Sequence record: SRR20825019_1269
Reading direction: 5' to 3' (one strand)
DNA length: 45,040 nucleotides
A program made the translations under genes and the position numbers. Under the pieces are notes generated by a model. That model was not told the origin of the DNA, searched no databases, and saw only the letters and a list, made by a program, of their open reading frames with translations. Below are positions 11,417-21,126 of this stretch, in pieces; position 1 is the stretch's first letter, and every line of letters starts with the position of its first letter.

Positions 11417-11857
11417 CTACGCCACTATTTGCGAGAGCCGACCCAGCAACGGCTTCAGTTGTTCGCTTATTCTGGCCAGATCGCTGACACTGTAGGGTTT
11501 CGGCGGAAGTTTGCCCCAGACCGGGCCCGGCCAGGCAGAGTCGCCGTCAAAACGCACGATATGATGAAGGTGAAGTTGCGGCACCATGTTACCCAACGCC
11601 GCAACATTGAGCTTATCCCCACCGAACAATTCCATCATGCCCTCCCCAAGAAGGGACGATTCCGCCAGCAGCTGCCGCTGTTGCTCCGGAGCCAGCTGAT
11701 AGATCTCCCGCACACTGCCAACCCTTGGTACCAGAAGGATCCAGGGCCAGTTGCTGTCGTTCATCAGCCGAATTTCACACAGCTTGCTCTGTCCGAGGCT
11801 GACTGTGTCAGCTTCCAGACGCTCGTGCAGAACAAACGGCGACTCCGCCCCACTCAT
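11417..11857 (-). CDS. HIT-domain protein
   Basis: KLNVAALGNMVPQLHLHH histidine-triad motif; ATG at 11857 with GGAG SD. Confidence 0.88.
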   Translation of the reverse strand: MSGAESPFVLHERLEADTVSLGQSKLCEIRLMNDSNWPWILLVPRVGSVREIYQLAPEQQRQLLAESSLLGEGMMELFGGDKLNVAALGNMVPQLHLHHIVRFDGDSAWPGPVWGKLPPKPYSVSDLARISEQLKPLLGRLSQIVA

Positions 11858-11858
11858 A

Positions 11859-13202
11859 TTAATCTCCGTGGAACTGGTTCCGGCCACGGCCAATGGCGTA
11901 GTAGATCATACCGTGGCGCTCAAGCATTTCAGGTTCGTACAGGTTGCGCCCGTCAAACACGACAGGCTCCTTCAGGTTTGCGGCTATGGCTTCGAAATCC
12001 GGAGAGCGGAACTCCTTCCACTCGGTACAGATGGCCAGCACATCGGCCCCTTTCAGCGCCTGCTCCTTGGTGCCGCACAGGGTTAACCCTGGCTGATCGC
12101 CAAAGATACGCTGGGTCTCTTCCATGGCTTCCGGGTCAAAGGCCTGCACGCTCGCTCCGGCCTTCCAGAGATCCTGCATCAGGGCTCGGGACGATGCTTC
12201 ACGCATATCGTCGGTGTTGGGCTTGAATGCCAACCCCCAGATCGCGACGACCTTGCCCTTCAGGTTGCCACCGAAGTAATGACTGATCTTGTCGAACAAC
12301 ACGTGCTTCTGGGCATTGTTCACGGCTTCCACGGCGTTCAACAGGCGGGAGTCGTAGTCACAATCCCTGGCTGTGCGGGTCAATGCCTGCACATCTTTCG
12401 GGAAACAGGAGCCGCCGTAACCGCAACCCGGGTAAATAAAGTGGTAGCCGATGCGGGGGTCGGAACCAATGCCACGACGCACATTTTCTATATCGGCCCC
12501 CAAACGCTCCGCCAGGTTGGCTATTTCATTCATGAAACTGATCTTGGTGGCCAGCATGGAGTTGGCTGCGTACTTGGTCAGTTCCGCAGACCGGATGTCC
12601 ATGAAAATCATGCGGTCGTGGCTACGATTGAACGGGTAGTAGACCTCATGCAGCAACTCTTTGGCCCGCTCACTGTCGGTGCCAACGATAATGCGGTCGG
12701 GCTTCATGAAATCGGTAATGGCCGCGCCTTCCTTAAGAAACTCAGGGTTGGACACTACATCGAAGTCCAGCTCCAGCCCGCGTTTGTCCAGCTCGGAGCG
12801 CACCGCAGCCTTGACCCTGTCGCCAGTACCAACCGGCACGGTGGACTTGTCCACCACCACCTTGTAGTCATCCATATACTGGCCAATGGAGCGCGCCACG
12901 GCGGTCACATACTGCAGGTCGGCGGAACCGTCTTCATCAGGCGGTGTACCCACTGCAATGAACTGCAGAGACCCATGGGCCACGGCTTCTTGGGTATCGG
13001 TGGTGAACGCCAGGCGGCCCGCCTCGACCGTATGCTTTACGATGGACTCGAGGCCAGGCTCATAAATCGGTATATGGCCGTTCCTAAGCTTATCAATCTT
13101 GCCCTGATCCACATCCATACACAGAACGTGATGACCCACATCGGCCAGACAGGCGCCCGTCACTAGCCCGACGTAACCGGTCCCAAAAATAGTAATCTTC
13201 AT
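11859..13202 (-). CDS. ugd: UDP-glucose 6-dehydrogenase
   Basis: GTGYVG Rossmann motif, [16 protein letters not shown], catalytic [10 protein letters not shown]. Confidence 0.95.
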   Translation of the reverse strand: MKITIFGTGYVGLVTGACLADVGHHVLCMDVDQGKIDKLRNGHIPIYEPGLESIVKHTVEAGRLAFTTDTQEAVAHGSLQFIAVGTPPDEDGSADLQYVTAVARSIGQYMDDYKVVVDKSTVPVGTGDRVKAAVRSELDKRGLELDFDVVSNPEFLKEGAAITDFMKPDRIIVGTDSERAKELLHEVYYPFNRSHDRMIFMDIRSAELTKYAANSMLATKISFMNEIANLAERLGADIENVRRGIGSDPRIGYHFIYPGCGYGGSCFPKDVQALTRTARDCDYDSRLLNAVEAVNNAQKHVLFDKISHYFGGNLKGKVVAIWGLAFKPNTDDMREASSRALMQDLWKAGASVQAFDPEAMEETQRIFGDQPGLTLCGTKEQALKGADVLAICTEWKEFRSPDFEAIAANLKEPVVFDGRNLYEPEMLERHGMIYYAIGRGRNQFHGD

Positions 13203-13252
13203 CCGCCAAAACCCTGAAATTGAATTTGTTTAAAGCACAAAAACAAGCAGCC

Positions 13253-14236
13253 TCAGGCTTGCTTATCCTGCCAGATCTTTTCCCAGGCCAGGGCTGTGCC
13301 GACGATGGTATCCAGGTCGTCGTAATCCGGCTGCCAGCCCAGTACCTTTTTGATTCGCGAGTTGTCAGCCATCAGCGCGGCTGGGTCCCCTGCCCGACGG
13401 CCGGTTTCCTGCACCGGAAAGTCGTTGCCTGACTGGCGCTTGACCACATCAATAACTTCGCGGACGGTAAACCCACGCCCGTAGCCACAGTTCAGCACCC
13501 GTGACTCACCTCCACCGGCCATATACTCCAACGCCATCACATGAGCCTTGGCCAGGTCTTCCACGTGGATGTAGTCGCGGATGCAGGTACCGTCACGGGT
13601 GTCGTAGTCGGTGCCAAACACGCTCATGCCATCGCGCTTGCCCGTCACACACTCACACGCAACCTTGATCAGGTGCGTAGCTTCAGGCGTTGCCTGACCC
13701 AGCAAACCGTCCGGATTGGCCCCAGCTACGTTGAAGTAACGCAGGATCACGTAATTGAGGGATGACGCGGCAGCCAGATCCATGATCATCCGCTCGCTCA
13801 TCATCTTTGAGGCGCCATAGGGATTGATCGGCGCCAGCGGAAGATCTTCCGTCAGTACGGTTTCCTCTGGCATGCCATAAACGGCAGCCGTCGACGAAAA
13901 CACCATGTAAGGTACCTGGTGTTCTTCTACTGCCTTCAGCAAATTCAGCGTGTTACGGGTATTGTTGCTGTAGTACTTGAGGGGGTTCTCGACCGATTCC
14001 GGCACCACGATATTGGCGGCGAAATGCAGCACGGCTTCAAAGCGGTGCTGGCTGAAAAGGTCCGCAATGGCCTGTTCATCGGAGAGGTCTCCGATCACAA
14101 GCTCACCACAGGTGACCGCCCAACGGTATCCGGTGGACAGGTTATCGAAAACAACAATGTCGTGTCCGGCTTCGCCCAGTTGCCTTACGACATGACTACC
14201 TATATACCCGGCTCCGCCGGTTACCAGAACTTTCAT
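13253..14236 (-). CDS. galE: UDP-glucose 4-epimerase
   Basis: GGAGYIGSH, YGASK (YxxxK), LRYFNVAGA, RDYIHVEDLA. Confidence 0.94.
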   Translation of the reverse strand: MKVLVTGGAGYIGSHVVRQLGEAGHDIVVFDNLSTGYRWAVTCGELVIGDLSDEQAIADLFSQHRFEAVLHFAANIVVPESVENPLKYYSNNTRNTLNLLKAVEEHQVPYMVFSSTAAVYGMPEETVLTEDLPLAPINPYGASKMMSERMIMDLAAASSLNYVILRYFNVAGANPDGLLGQATPEATHLIKVACECVTGKRDGMSVFGTDYDTRDGTCIRDYIHVEDLAKAHVMALEYMAGGGESRVLNCGYGRGFTVREVIDVVKRQSGNDFPVQETGRRAGDPAALMADNSRIKKVLGWQPDYDDLDTIVGTALAWEKIWQDKQA

Positions 14237-14245
14237 GATCGATCG

Positions 14246-14776
<531 letters not shown>

Positions 14777-15007
14777 TCACGTCAGCGCTCGACAAAACGG
14801 GGTATGCAACCTATTAAAACAAAAGATTTATTGAGGGATGACTAAAGGGTGCAGCAACAATATCTGAGGCGGCATAATTTGTACCATCATCAACCAGGCG
14901 ACATATTACCAAAGTTGGAAACGAGTGCGCGAATACCTGAATTCGCGTCTATTCAGCAGATTTCATCATTGCCTGGCATTCAGTTTAGAGTAAAAGCACG
15001 CCAACCC

Positions 15008-15035
15008 GGAACTTTCATTACCTCACAATGTCCAC
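15008..15035 (+). promoter_or_regulatory. Putative sigmaE/AlgU-type promoter
   Basis: GGAACTT (15008-15014), 16 bp, TCCAC (15031-15035), about 55 bp upstream of the cytochrome c/Vgb gene. Confidence 0.5.
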
Positions 15036-15091
15036 AGCATCGTGACGTACGATTACAATAAAGGTCTTCCCGAATGACAGGAGTCGTTCTC

Positions 15092-16303
15092 ATGAGCCTA
15101 CCTGCATCCCTGACAGCTGCAGTCGTCGTTCTACTCGGCACCACGCAAGCCTCCCTTGCGCAAAACAATTTGCAATCTTCACTACCGGAAGGTGCCGGCA
15201 AAGCATTGGTTGAGAAAGCCTGCACGGCCTGCCATGGCGTCTCCACCATCAAGCGCTCAGCTGGCTATAGCTCACCCGAAGAGTGGCGACGGGTTTTCTC
15301 TACCATGATTGACCTGCAGGATGAGCAGGCCACCAGGATCGCCAATTATCTGGCCCAACACTTTCCGGAAGACCCCAGCAGGCGACCAACACTGGTTCCG
15401 GGAAACGTCGACATTGAGATTACCGAATGGACAACACCTACCCTTGGTCAGCGCACTCGGGACCCGATTGAAGCACCAGACGGCTCTATCTGGTGGACAG
15501 GTATGTGGGCGAGCCTGGTTGGAGAACTGAACCCGAATACTGGCGAAATGAAAGAATACAATTTACCGCCATCAGCCCGGCCACACTCCATTGTCCCTGA
15601 TGAGGATGGCAACATCTGGTACACCGGAAACAGCAACGCCACTATCGGGAAGTTGAATCCGGACACCGGCAATATCACTGAATATGAAACGCAGGCCAAA
15701 GACCCTCACTCTGCCGTGTTTCATCCCAACGGCAACCTGTATTTCACGGCTCAGCACGCGGCCATGCTGGGCCGACTGGATCCTGAAACCGGTGTATTGA
15801 AGGAAGTGAACACTGAAGCCAGGCCCTATGGAATCAAGGTAGATTCCAACGGCACCGTTTGGATTGCCTACAATGGCACGAACAAGATTGGCGCCATGAA
15901 CCCGAACACTATGGAGGTTCGTTATTACAACCTGCCGGATAAACGAACCCGAGTACGTCGACTTGACCTGGATAGCCAAGGCAACGTTTGGTACGTCAAT
16001 TCAACGAGGGGAAAAATCGGCCGACTGAACCCGGATACCGGCGCAATCACCGAATGGGATTCCCCCAGCGGCACGGACTCTCATCCTTACGCATTGGCCG
16101 TCATCGACGACATTATCTGGTACAACGAATCGGGCATGCGACCTGATGCACTCGTCAGATTCGACCCGAAAGCCGAGACCTTTCAAAGCTGGGCCATTCC
16201 CTCGGGAGTTGGGATCATTCGCAATGTTTGGGTGACTGAAGAAGAAAACCTGCTAATCCATCAAAGCAGCACCAATCAGGTCGGGTTGGTCAGAATTAAC
16301 TGA
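15092..16303 (+). CDS. Exported c-type cytochrome domain fused to a Vgb-lyase-like beta-propeller
   Basis: Hydrophobic leader ending ASLA; CTACH heme motif (15221-15235); repeated blades (PDGSIWW, DGNIWYT, NGNLYFT, NGTVWIA, QGNVWYV, with IG[KR]LNP.TG). ATG 15092 has an AGGAG SD; the ORF track starts at 15074. Confidence 0.85.
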   Translation: MSLPASLTAAVVVLLGTTQASLAQNNLQSSLPEGAGKALVEKACTACHGVSTIKRSAGYSSPEEWRRVFSTMIDLQDEQATRIANYLAQHFPEDPSRRPTLVPGNVDIEITEWTTPTLGQRTRDPIEAPDGSIWWTGMWASLVGELNPNTGEMKEYNLPPSARPHSIVPDEDGNIWYTGNSNATIGKLNPDTGNITEYETQAKDPHSAVFHPNGNLYFTAQHAAMLGRLDPETGVLKEVNTEARPYGIKVDSNGTVWIAYNGTNKIGAMNPNTMEVRYYNLPDKRTRVRRLDLDSQGNVWYVNSTRGKIGRLNPDTGAITEWDSPSGTDSHPYALAVIDDIIWYNESGMRPDALVRFDPKAETFQSWAIPSGVGIIRNVWVTEEENLLIHQSSTNQVGLVRIN

Positions 16304-16314
16304 CCAACCCGACC
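16279..16314. repeat. Perfect 15-bp inverted repeat at the convergent cytochrome-Vgb / guaA junction
   Basis: GGTCGGGTTGGTCAG-aattaa-CTGACCAACCCGACC. Confidence 0.8.
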
Positions 16315-16324
16315 AGCATACCGG

Positions 16325-17902
16325 TCACTCCCACTCGATGGTTGCCGGCGGCTTGGAGGAAACGTCGTAGGTTACCCGGGACACACCTTCAATTTCATTG
16401 ATGATGCGATTGGATACCGTTTCCAGCAGATCGTACGGCAGGTGTGCCCAACGGGCGGTCATGAAATCGATGGTTTCCACTGCGCGCAATGCCACCACGT
16501 ATTCATAGCGTCGGGCATCACCTACCACTCCAACCGATTTGACGGGCAGGAAGACCGCAAATGCCTGACTGGTTTTGTGGTAAAAGTCAGCACGGTGCAA
16601 CTCTTCCAGGAAAATAGCGTCAGCCCGCCGGAGGATTTCGGCGTATTCCTTCTTCACTTCACCCAGAATCCGCACGCCCAGGCCAGGCCCGGGGAACGGA
16701 TGGCGATACACCATGTCGTAAGGCAGTCCAAGCTCCAGGCCAATACGGCGCACCTCGTCCTTGAACAGTTCCCGCAACGGCTCCACCAGCTTCATTTTCA
16801 TGGTTTCCGGCAGACCACCCACATTATGATGGGATTTTATGACATGGGCTTTACCGGTCTTGGAGGCTGCAGATTCAATCACATCCGGGTAGATGGTGCC
16901 TTGGGCCAGCCAATTCACATCGCGGATATTGGCGGCTTCTTCGTCGAACACATCAATGAAAGTGTTACCAATGATCTTGCGCTTCTGCTCAGGGTCATCA
17001 ACACCTTTAAGCTTGGACAGGAACAGGTCTTCGGCATCAACGCGAATAACCTTCACACCCATGTTGCTGGCGAACATATCCATCACCTGATCGCCTTCGT
17101 TCAGGCGTAGCAGGCCGTTGTCCACGAACACACAGGTCAACTGGTCGCCGATGGCTTTGTGAAGCAGCGCAGCAGTAACGGAAGAATCCACACCACCAGA
17201 CAGCCCCAGAAGCACCTTGCCACTGCCCACCTGGTTACGGATCTGTTCCACCGCATCGTCAACAATCTTGGCTGGCGTCCACAGAGCCTCGCACTGGCAG
17301 ATGTTGAGAATGAAGTGTTCCAGGATGCGCTTGCCCTGCAGGGTATGGGTCACTTCCGGGTGGAACTGGACGCCGTAGAGGTTACGCGACGTATCCTGCA
17401 TGGCCGAAATCGGCGCACTCTCCGTCGATGCCAGCAGTTCGAAGCCCTCCGGCATCACCACAACCTTGTCGCCATGGCTCATCCACACATCCAGCAAAGA
17501 TTCGCCGGTTGCCGTGAGATGGTCTGTAATATCTTTCAGCAAAGGCCCCTTGGCCCGCACTTTGACCTGGGCATAGCCAAACTCCCGCTTCTCGGAACTG
17601 GCAACACGACCGCCCAGCTGCTCGGCCATTGTCTGCATGCCATAACAAATGCCCAGAACCGGAATCCCTTTCTCGAACAGGCCTTCCGGCGCACGGGGGC
17701 CACCCAGTTGAGTCACTGACTCGGGGCCGCCCGCGAGAATGATGCCTTTGGGATTGAACTCTTTCAGCTCCTCATCGGTCATATCAAAGGCCTTGATCTC
17801 ACAATAGACCCCAATTTCCCGAACGCGGCGCGCGATGAGCTGGGTGTACTGGGAACCGAAATCGAGAATCAGAATACGGTGGTCGTGGATGTTATGGGCC
17901 AT
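16325..17902 (-). CDS. guaA: GMP synthase (glutamine-hydrolysing)
   Basis: [34 protein letters not shown]-terminal KPPATIEWE; 525 aa from ATG 17902. Confidence 0.98.
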   Translation of the reverse strand: MAHNIHDHRILILDFGSQYTQLIARRVREIGVYCEIKAFDMTDEELKEFNPKGIILAGGPESVTQLGGPRAPEGLFEKGIPVLGICYGMQTMAEQLGGRVASSEKREFGYAQVKVRAKGPLLKDITDHLTATGESLLDVWMSHGDKVVVMPEGFELLASTESAPISAMQDTSRNLYGVQFHPEVTHTLQGKRILEHFILNICQCEALWTPAKIVDDAVEQIRNQVGSGKVLLGLSGGVDSSVTAALLHKAIGDQLTCVFVDNGLLRLNEGDQVMDMFASNMGVKVIRVDAEDLFLSKLKGVDDPEQKRKIIGNTFIDVFDEEAANIRDVNWLAQGTIYPDVIESAASKTGKAHVIKSHHNVGGLPETMKMKLVEPLRELFKDEVRRIGLELGLPYDMVYRHPFPGPGLGVRILGEVKKEYAEILRRADAIFLEELHRADFYHKTSQAFAVFLPVKSVGVVGDARRYEYVVALRAVETIDFMTARWAHLPYDLLETVSNRIINEIEGVSRVTYDVSSKPPATIEWE

Positions 17903-17918
17903 GAAATCCTCGGAGCAG

Positions 17919-17951
17919 AAAGAAAAAACGCGGCTCACTGGGTGAGCCGCG
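17919..17951 (-). terminator. Intrinsic terminator-like hairpin between guaB and guaA
   Basis: Minus strand CGCGGCTCAC-cca-GTGAGCCGCG-TTTTTTCTTT. Confidence 0.7.
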
Positions 17952-17967
17952 CCCGAATCGACAGTGG

Positions 17968-19431
17968 TCAGCCGATACGGTAGTTAGGGGCTTCTTTGGT
18001 GATGGTCACGTCGTGGACGTGACTCTCACGCATGCCCGCATTGGTGATGCGGACAAATTCAGGCTTGGTGCGCATTTCTTCCATGGTGGCACTGCCGGTG
18101 TAACCCATGGAAGCCCGCAGGCCGCCCATCAACTGGTGCACAATGTTCCGCATCGGGCCCTTGCAGGCAACGCGGCCTTCAATGCCTTCCGGCACCAGCT
18201 TCTCGATGCCTTTACTGGCGTCCTGGAAGTAACGGTCACTGGACCCCTGCCCCATGGCACCAATGGAACCCATGCCGCGGTAGGCTTTATAGCTACGGCC
18301 CTGATACAGCTCAACCTCGCCCGGCGCTTCGTCAGTACCGGCCAGCAGGCTGCCGATCATGACGCTGTAGGCTCCGGCTGCAATGGCCTTGGAAATATCG
18401 CCAGAGAAGCGAACGCCACCATCCGCGATCACGGGCACGCCACGGTCTTTCAAGGCGGCGGCCACATTGGACACGGCCGTGATCTGTGGCACGCCAATGC
18501 CGGCCACAATGCGGGTCGTGCAGATGGAACCGGGACCGATACCTACCTTGACCGCGTCTGCACCGGCGTCGGCCAGATCGATTGCGGCATCAGACGTCGC
18601 AATGTTGCCGCCGATCACCTGAACTTCCGGGAAATGTTCTTTAATCCAGCGAACCCGGTCGAGCACGCCCTTGGAATGGCCATGGGCCGTATCCACTACG
18701 ATCACGTCAACGCCGGCCTCAACCAGCGCGGCTACACGTGCATCTGTATCTGCACCGGTGCCAACGGCAGCGCCAGCTCGAAGGCGGCCCTGCTCGTCCT
18801 TGCAGGCGAGCGGATAGTCCTTCGCCTTCTGGATATCCTTGACGGTGATCAGCCCGCGCAATTCAAAGTCGTCATTCACGACCAGGACTTTTTCAATGCG
18901 GTGACGATGCAACAGCTCTTTCACGTCGTCCAGGTTGGCACCCTCTTTCACCGTCACCAACTTGTCCTTGGCGGTCATGATTTCCGAGACAGGCGTGTCC
19001 AGGCGGCTTTCAAAGCGAATATCACGACCGGTGACGATACCAACGAGATCGACACCGTCCACCACCGGCAGCCCCGAAATGTTGTTGGCCATGGTGATGT
19101 CCACGAGTTCGCGAACCGTAGTGTCCGGCGTCACCGTGATAGGATCCTTCACGACGCCGCTTTCGAACTTCTTGACCTTGCGGACGGCCGCGGCCTGCTG
19201 CTCAACAGACATGCTCTTGTGCATGATGCCGATGCCACCTTCCTGGGCCATGGAAATGGCCAGATCAGCTTCGGTCACGGTATCCATAGCCGCTGATACC
19301 AGAGGAATATTCAGGGTGATACCTTTGGTCAGCTGGGTTTGCAGGCTGACCTGGTGAGGAAGAACCTCTGAGCGTCCTGGAACGAGCAGTACATCGTCAA
19401 AGGTGAGGGCTTCTTCGGCAATTCGCAGCAT
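17968..19431 (-). CDS. guaB: IMP dehydrogenase
   Basis: [12 protein letters not shown] pair, catalytic [20 protein letters not shown] 19431. Confidence 0.98.
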   Translation of the reverse strand: MLRIAEEALTFDDVLLVPGRSEVLPHQVSLQTQLTKGITLNIPLVSAAMDTVTEADLAISMAQEGGIGIMHKSMSVEQQAAAVRKVKKFESGVVKDPITVTPDTTVRELVDITMANNISGLPVVDGVDLVGIVTGRDIRFESRLDTPVSEIMTAKDKLVTVKEGANLDDVKELLHRHRIEKVLVVNDDFELRGLITVKDIQKAKDYPLACKDEQGRLRAGAAVGTGADTDARVAALVEAGVDVIVVDTAHGHSKGVLDRVRWIKEHFPEVQVIGGNIATSDAAIDLADAGADAVKVGIGPGSICTTRIVAGIGVPQITAVSNVAAALKDRGVPVIADGGVRFSGDISKAIAAGAYSVMIGSLLAGTDEAPGEVELYQGRSYKAYRGMGSIGAMGQGSSDRYFQDASKGIEKLVPEGIEGRVACKGPMRNIVHQLMGGLRASMGYTGSATMEEMRTKPEFVRITNAGMRESHVHDVTITKEAPNYRIG

Positions 19432-19518
19432 TGGGATCCGCCTTTTGAACATGCTAGATTGGAGAATTCTGACACCACACCCCGCAGGCTGTGGCAGTAC
19501 AAAATTCTTAATCGACCT

Positions 19519-19547
19519 ATTATAAATGGGCCTTGGTTGACAGTAAA
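19519..19547 (-). promoter_or_regulatory. guaB sigma70 promoter, overlapping the divergent xseA promoter region
   Basis: Minus strand TTTACT, 17 bp, TATAAT; a plus-strand TTGACA sits at 19537-19542. Confidence 0.55.
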
Positions 19548-19659
19548 CCGGGGCTGACTACCTATTGGGTTGCATCTTTTTGAATTTTCGCTATTTTTAC
19601 TCTCCAATTTTCGGCTTTTGCGTATACAGCAACCCCACAGAAACGAAGGAGCACCCCCT

Positions 19660-21015
19660 TTGGACAGCGGTTTCCAGGATTCCCGGCCCCGAGCGCTGAG
19701 TGTCAGCGAGCTCAATCACCAGGCCCGCCACCTGCTGGAAGCCAGCTTCATGCAGGTTTGGGTTGAGGGTGAATTGTCCGGGTTCTCCCGCCCCTCTTCT
19801 GGCCATTGGTATTTTTCCCTGAAAGATCGCAAATGCCAGATCCGCTGCGCCATGTTCCGGGGCTTCAACCAGCGGGTGAAAGAAATTCCGAAGGAAGGCG
19901 AGCAGGTTCGCATCCGCGGCAAGGTAACGCTTTACGAAAACCGGGGCGATTTCCAGATCATTGTCGAGCATGTCGAGCCAGCGGGACTCGGCGCGTTGCA
20001 GCAGGCCTATGAAGAGCTCAAACGCAAGCTGCAGATGGAGGGTCTGTTCGATGCAGCCCGCAAAAAACCGCTGCCATCAACCCCTCGCCACATTGGGGTT
20101 GTGACATCGCCCACCGGCGCCGCCATTCACGATATCCTGACCGTACTTGCCAGACGATGCCCGGCCATTCCCGTCACCCTTTACCCCACCGCTGTCCAGG
20201 GGCAGGCAGCAACAGCTGACATTGTCCGCGCCATTGACCGGGCAGCCCGACACGGACTCGCCGATGTGCTGATTATTGGTCGCGGTGGTGGCTCACTGGA
20301 AGATCTTTGGTGTTTCAACGAGGAAGCCGTCGCCCGCGCCATAGCAGCATGCCCCCTGCCAACGGTCAGTGCGGTTGGCCACGAAGTGGACGTTACCATT
20401 GCCGACTTTGTCGCCGACCTGCGGGCACCCACACCGTCCGCCGCAGCGGAAAAAATATCACCCGATCAGCAGGACTGGCTGCGACAGCTCAAGGAACGGG
20501 AGCATCGACTCGCCGGCGCCGCCAGCCGAGCCCTAAAACGCATGGGGACTCAGCTGGCGCATCTTTCCGCCAGGCTCAGGGATCCCCGGCGTGAACTGAT
20601 GGAAAAAGCCCAGCGCATGGACGACCTCGACCTGCGGCTGGGCAAAGCCATGCGTCAACGCATGGAGCGGGAAAAGGTGCGCGCTGAACACCTTGGCCAG
20701 CGCCTGAGAATGCAGTCTCCCGCAAAACGGCTCGACGACAACCGCAGGAGCGTCAGCCAGCTGTCCGAACGACTGACCCGCTTGGCTCGCCAGTCCGTCG
20801 TCCAACGCCAGGAGCGCCTTGAGCATCTGGCTCAAACACTGAATGTGGTCAGCCCGCTGGCGACGCTGGGGCGGGGGTACGCCATCGTCCAGCAGGAAAA
20901 CGGGGATATAGTTCGCCAGGCCAGTAAACTCGCGCCCGGCGACAGGATCACCGCCCGTGTTGCCAGCGGCCACGTTGAAGCGAACGTGACCGCGGTCAAT
21001 TCAGGAAACCAATAA
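19660..21015 (+). CDS. xseA: Exodeoxyribonuclease VII large subunit
   Basis: [49 protein letters not shown] 19660 with AAGGAG SD; divergent from guaB. Confidence 0.96.
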   Translation: MDSGFQDSRPRALSVSELNHQARHLLEASFMQVWVEGELSGFSRPSSGHWYFSLKDRKCQIRCAMFRGFNQRVKEIPKEGEQVRIRGKVTLYENRGDFQIIVEHVEPAGLGALQQAYEELKRKLQMEGLFDAARKKPLPSTPRHIGVVTSPTGAAIHDILTVLARRCPAIPVTLYPTAVQGQAATADIVRAIDRAARHGLADVLIIGRGGGSLEDLWCFNEEAVARAIAACPLPTVSAVGHEVDVTIADFVADLRAPTPSAAAEKISPDQQDWLRQLKEREHRLAGAASRALKRMGTQLAHLSARLRDPRRELMEKAQRMDDLDLRLGKAMRQRMEREKVRAEHLGQRLRMQSPAKRLDDNRRSVSQLSERLTRLARQSVVQRQERLEHLAQTLNVVSPLATLGRGYAIVQQENGDIVRQASKLAPGDRITARVASGHVEANVTAVNSGNQ

Positions 21016-21126
21016 CTTTCAAAAAGACAGAAACTTAGCCTATGGTCTAGTAGTCCTATACCTCAAAGCGCCTAAAGTTGTGGGTATTACAAAACACAAC
21101 AACAACAGTGATGCGAGGTGGATGTT

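Noticed and set aside
15092..16303. Calling the cargo gene a vgb streptogramin-resistance gene
   Set aside because: It has a signal peptide and heme domain, and the last-blade EPH motif is absent; fold similarity alone does not support resistance.
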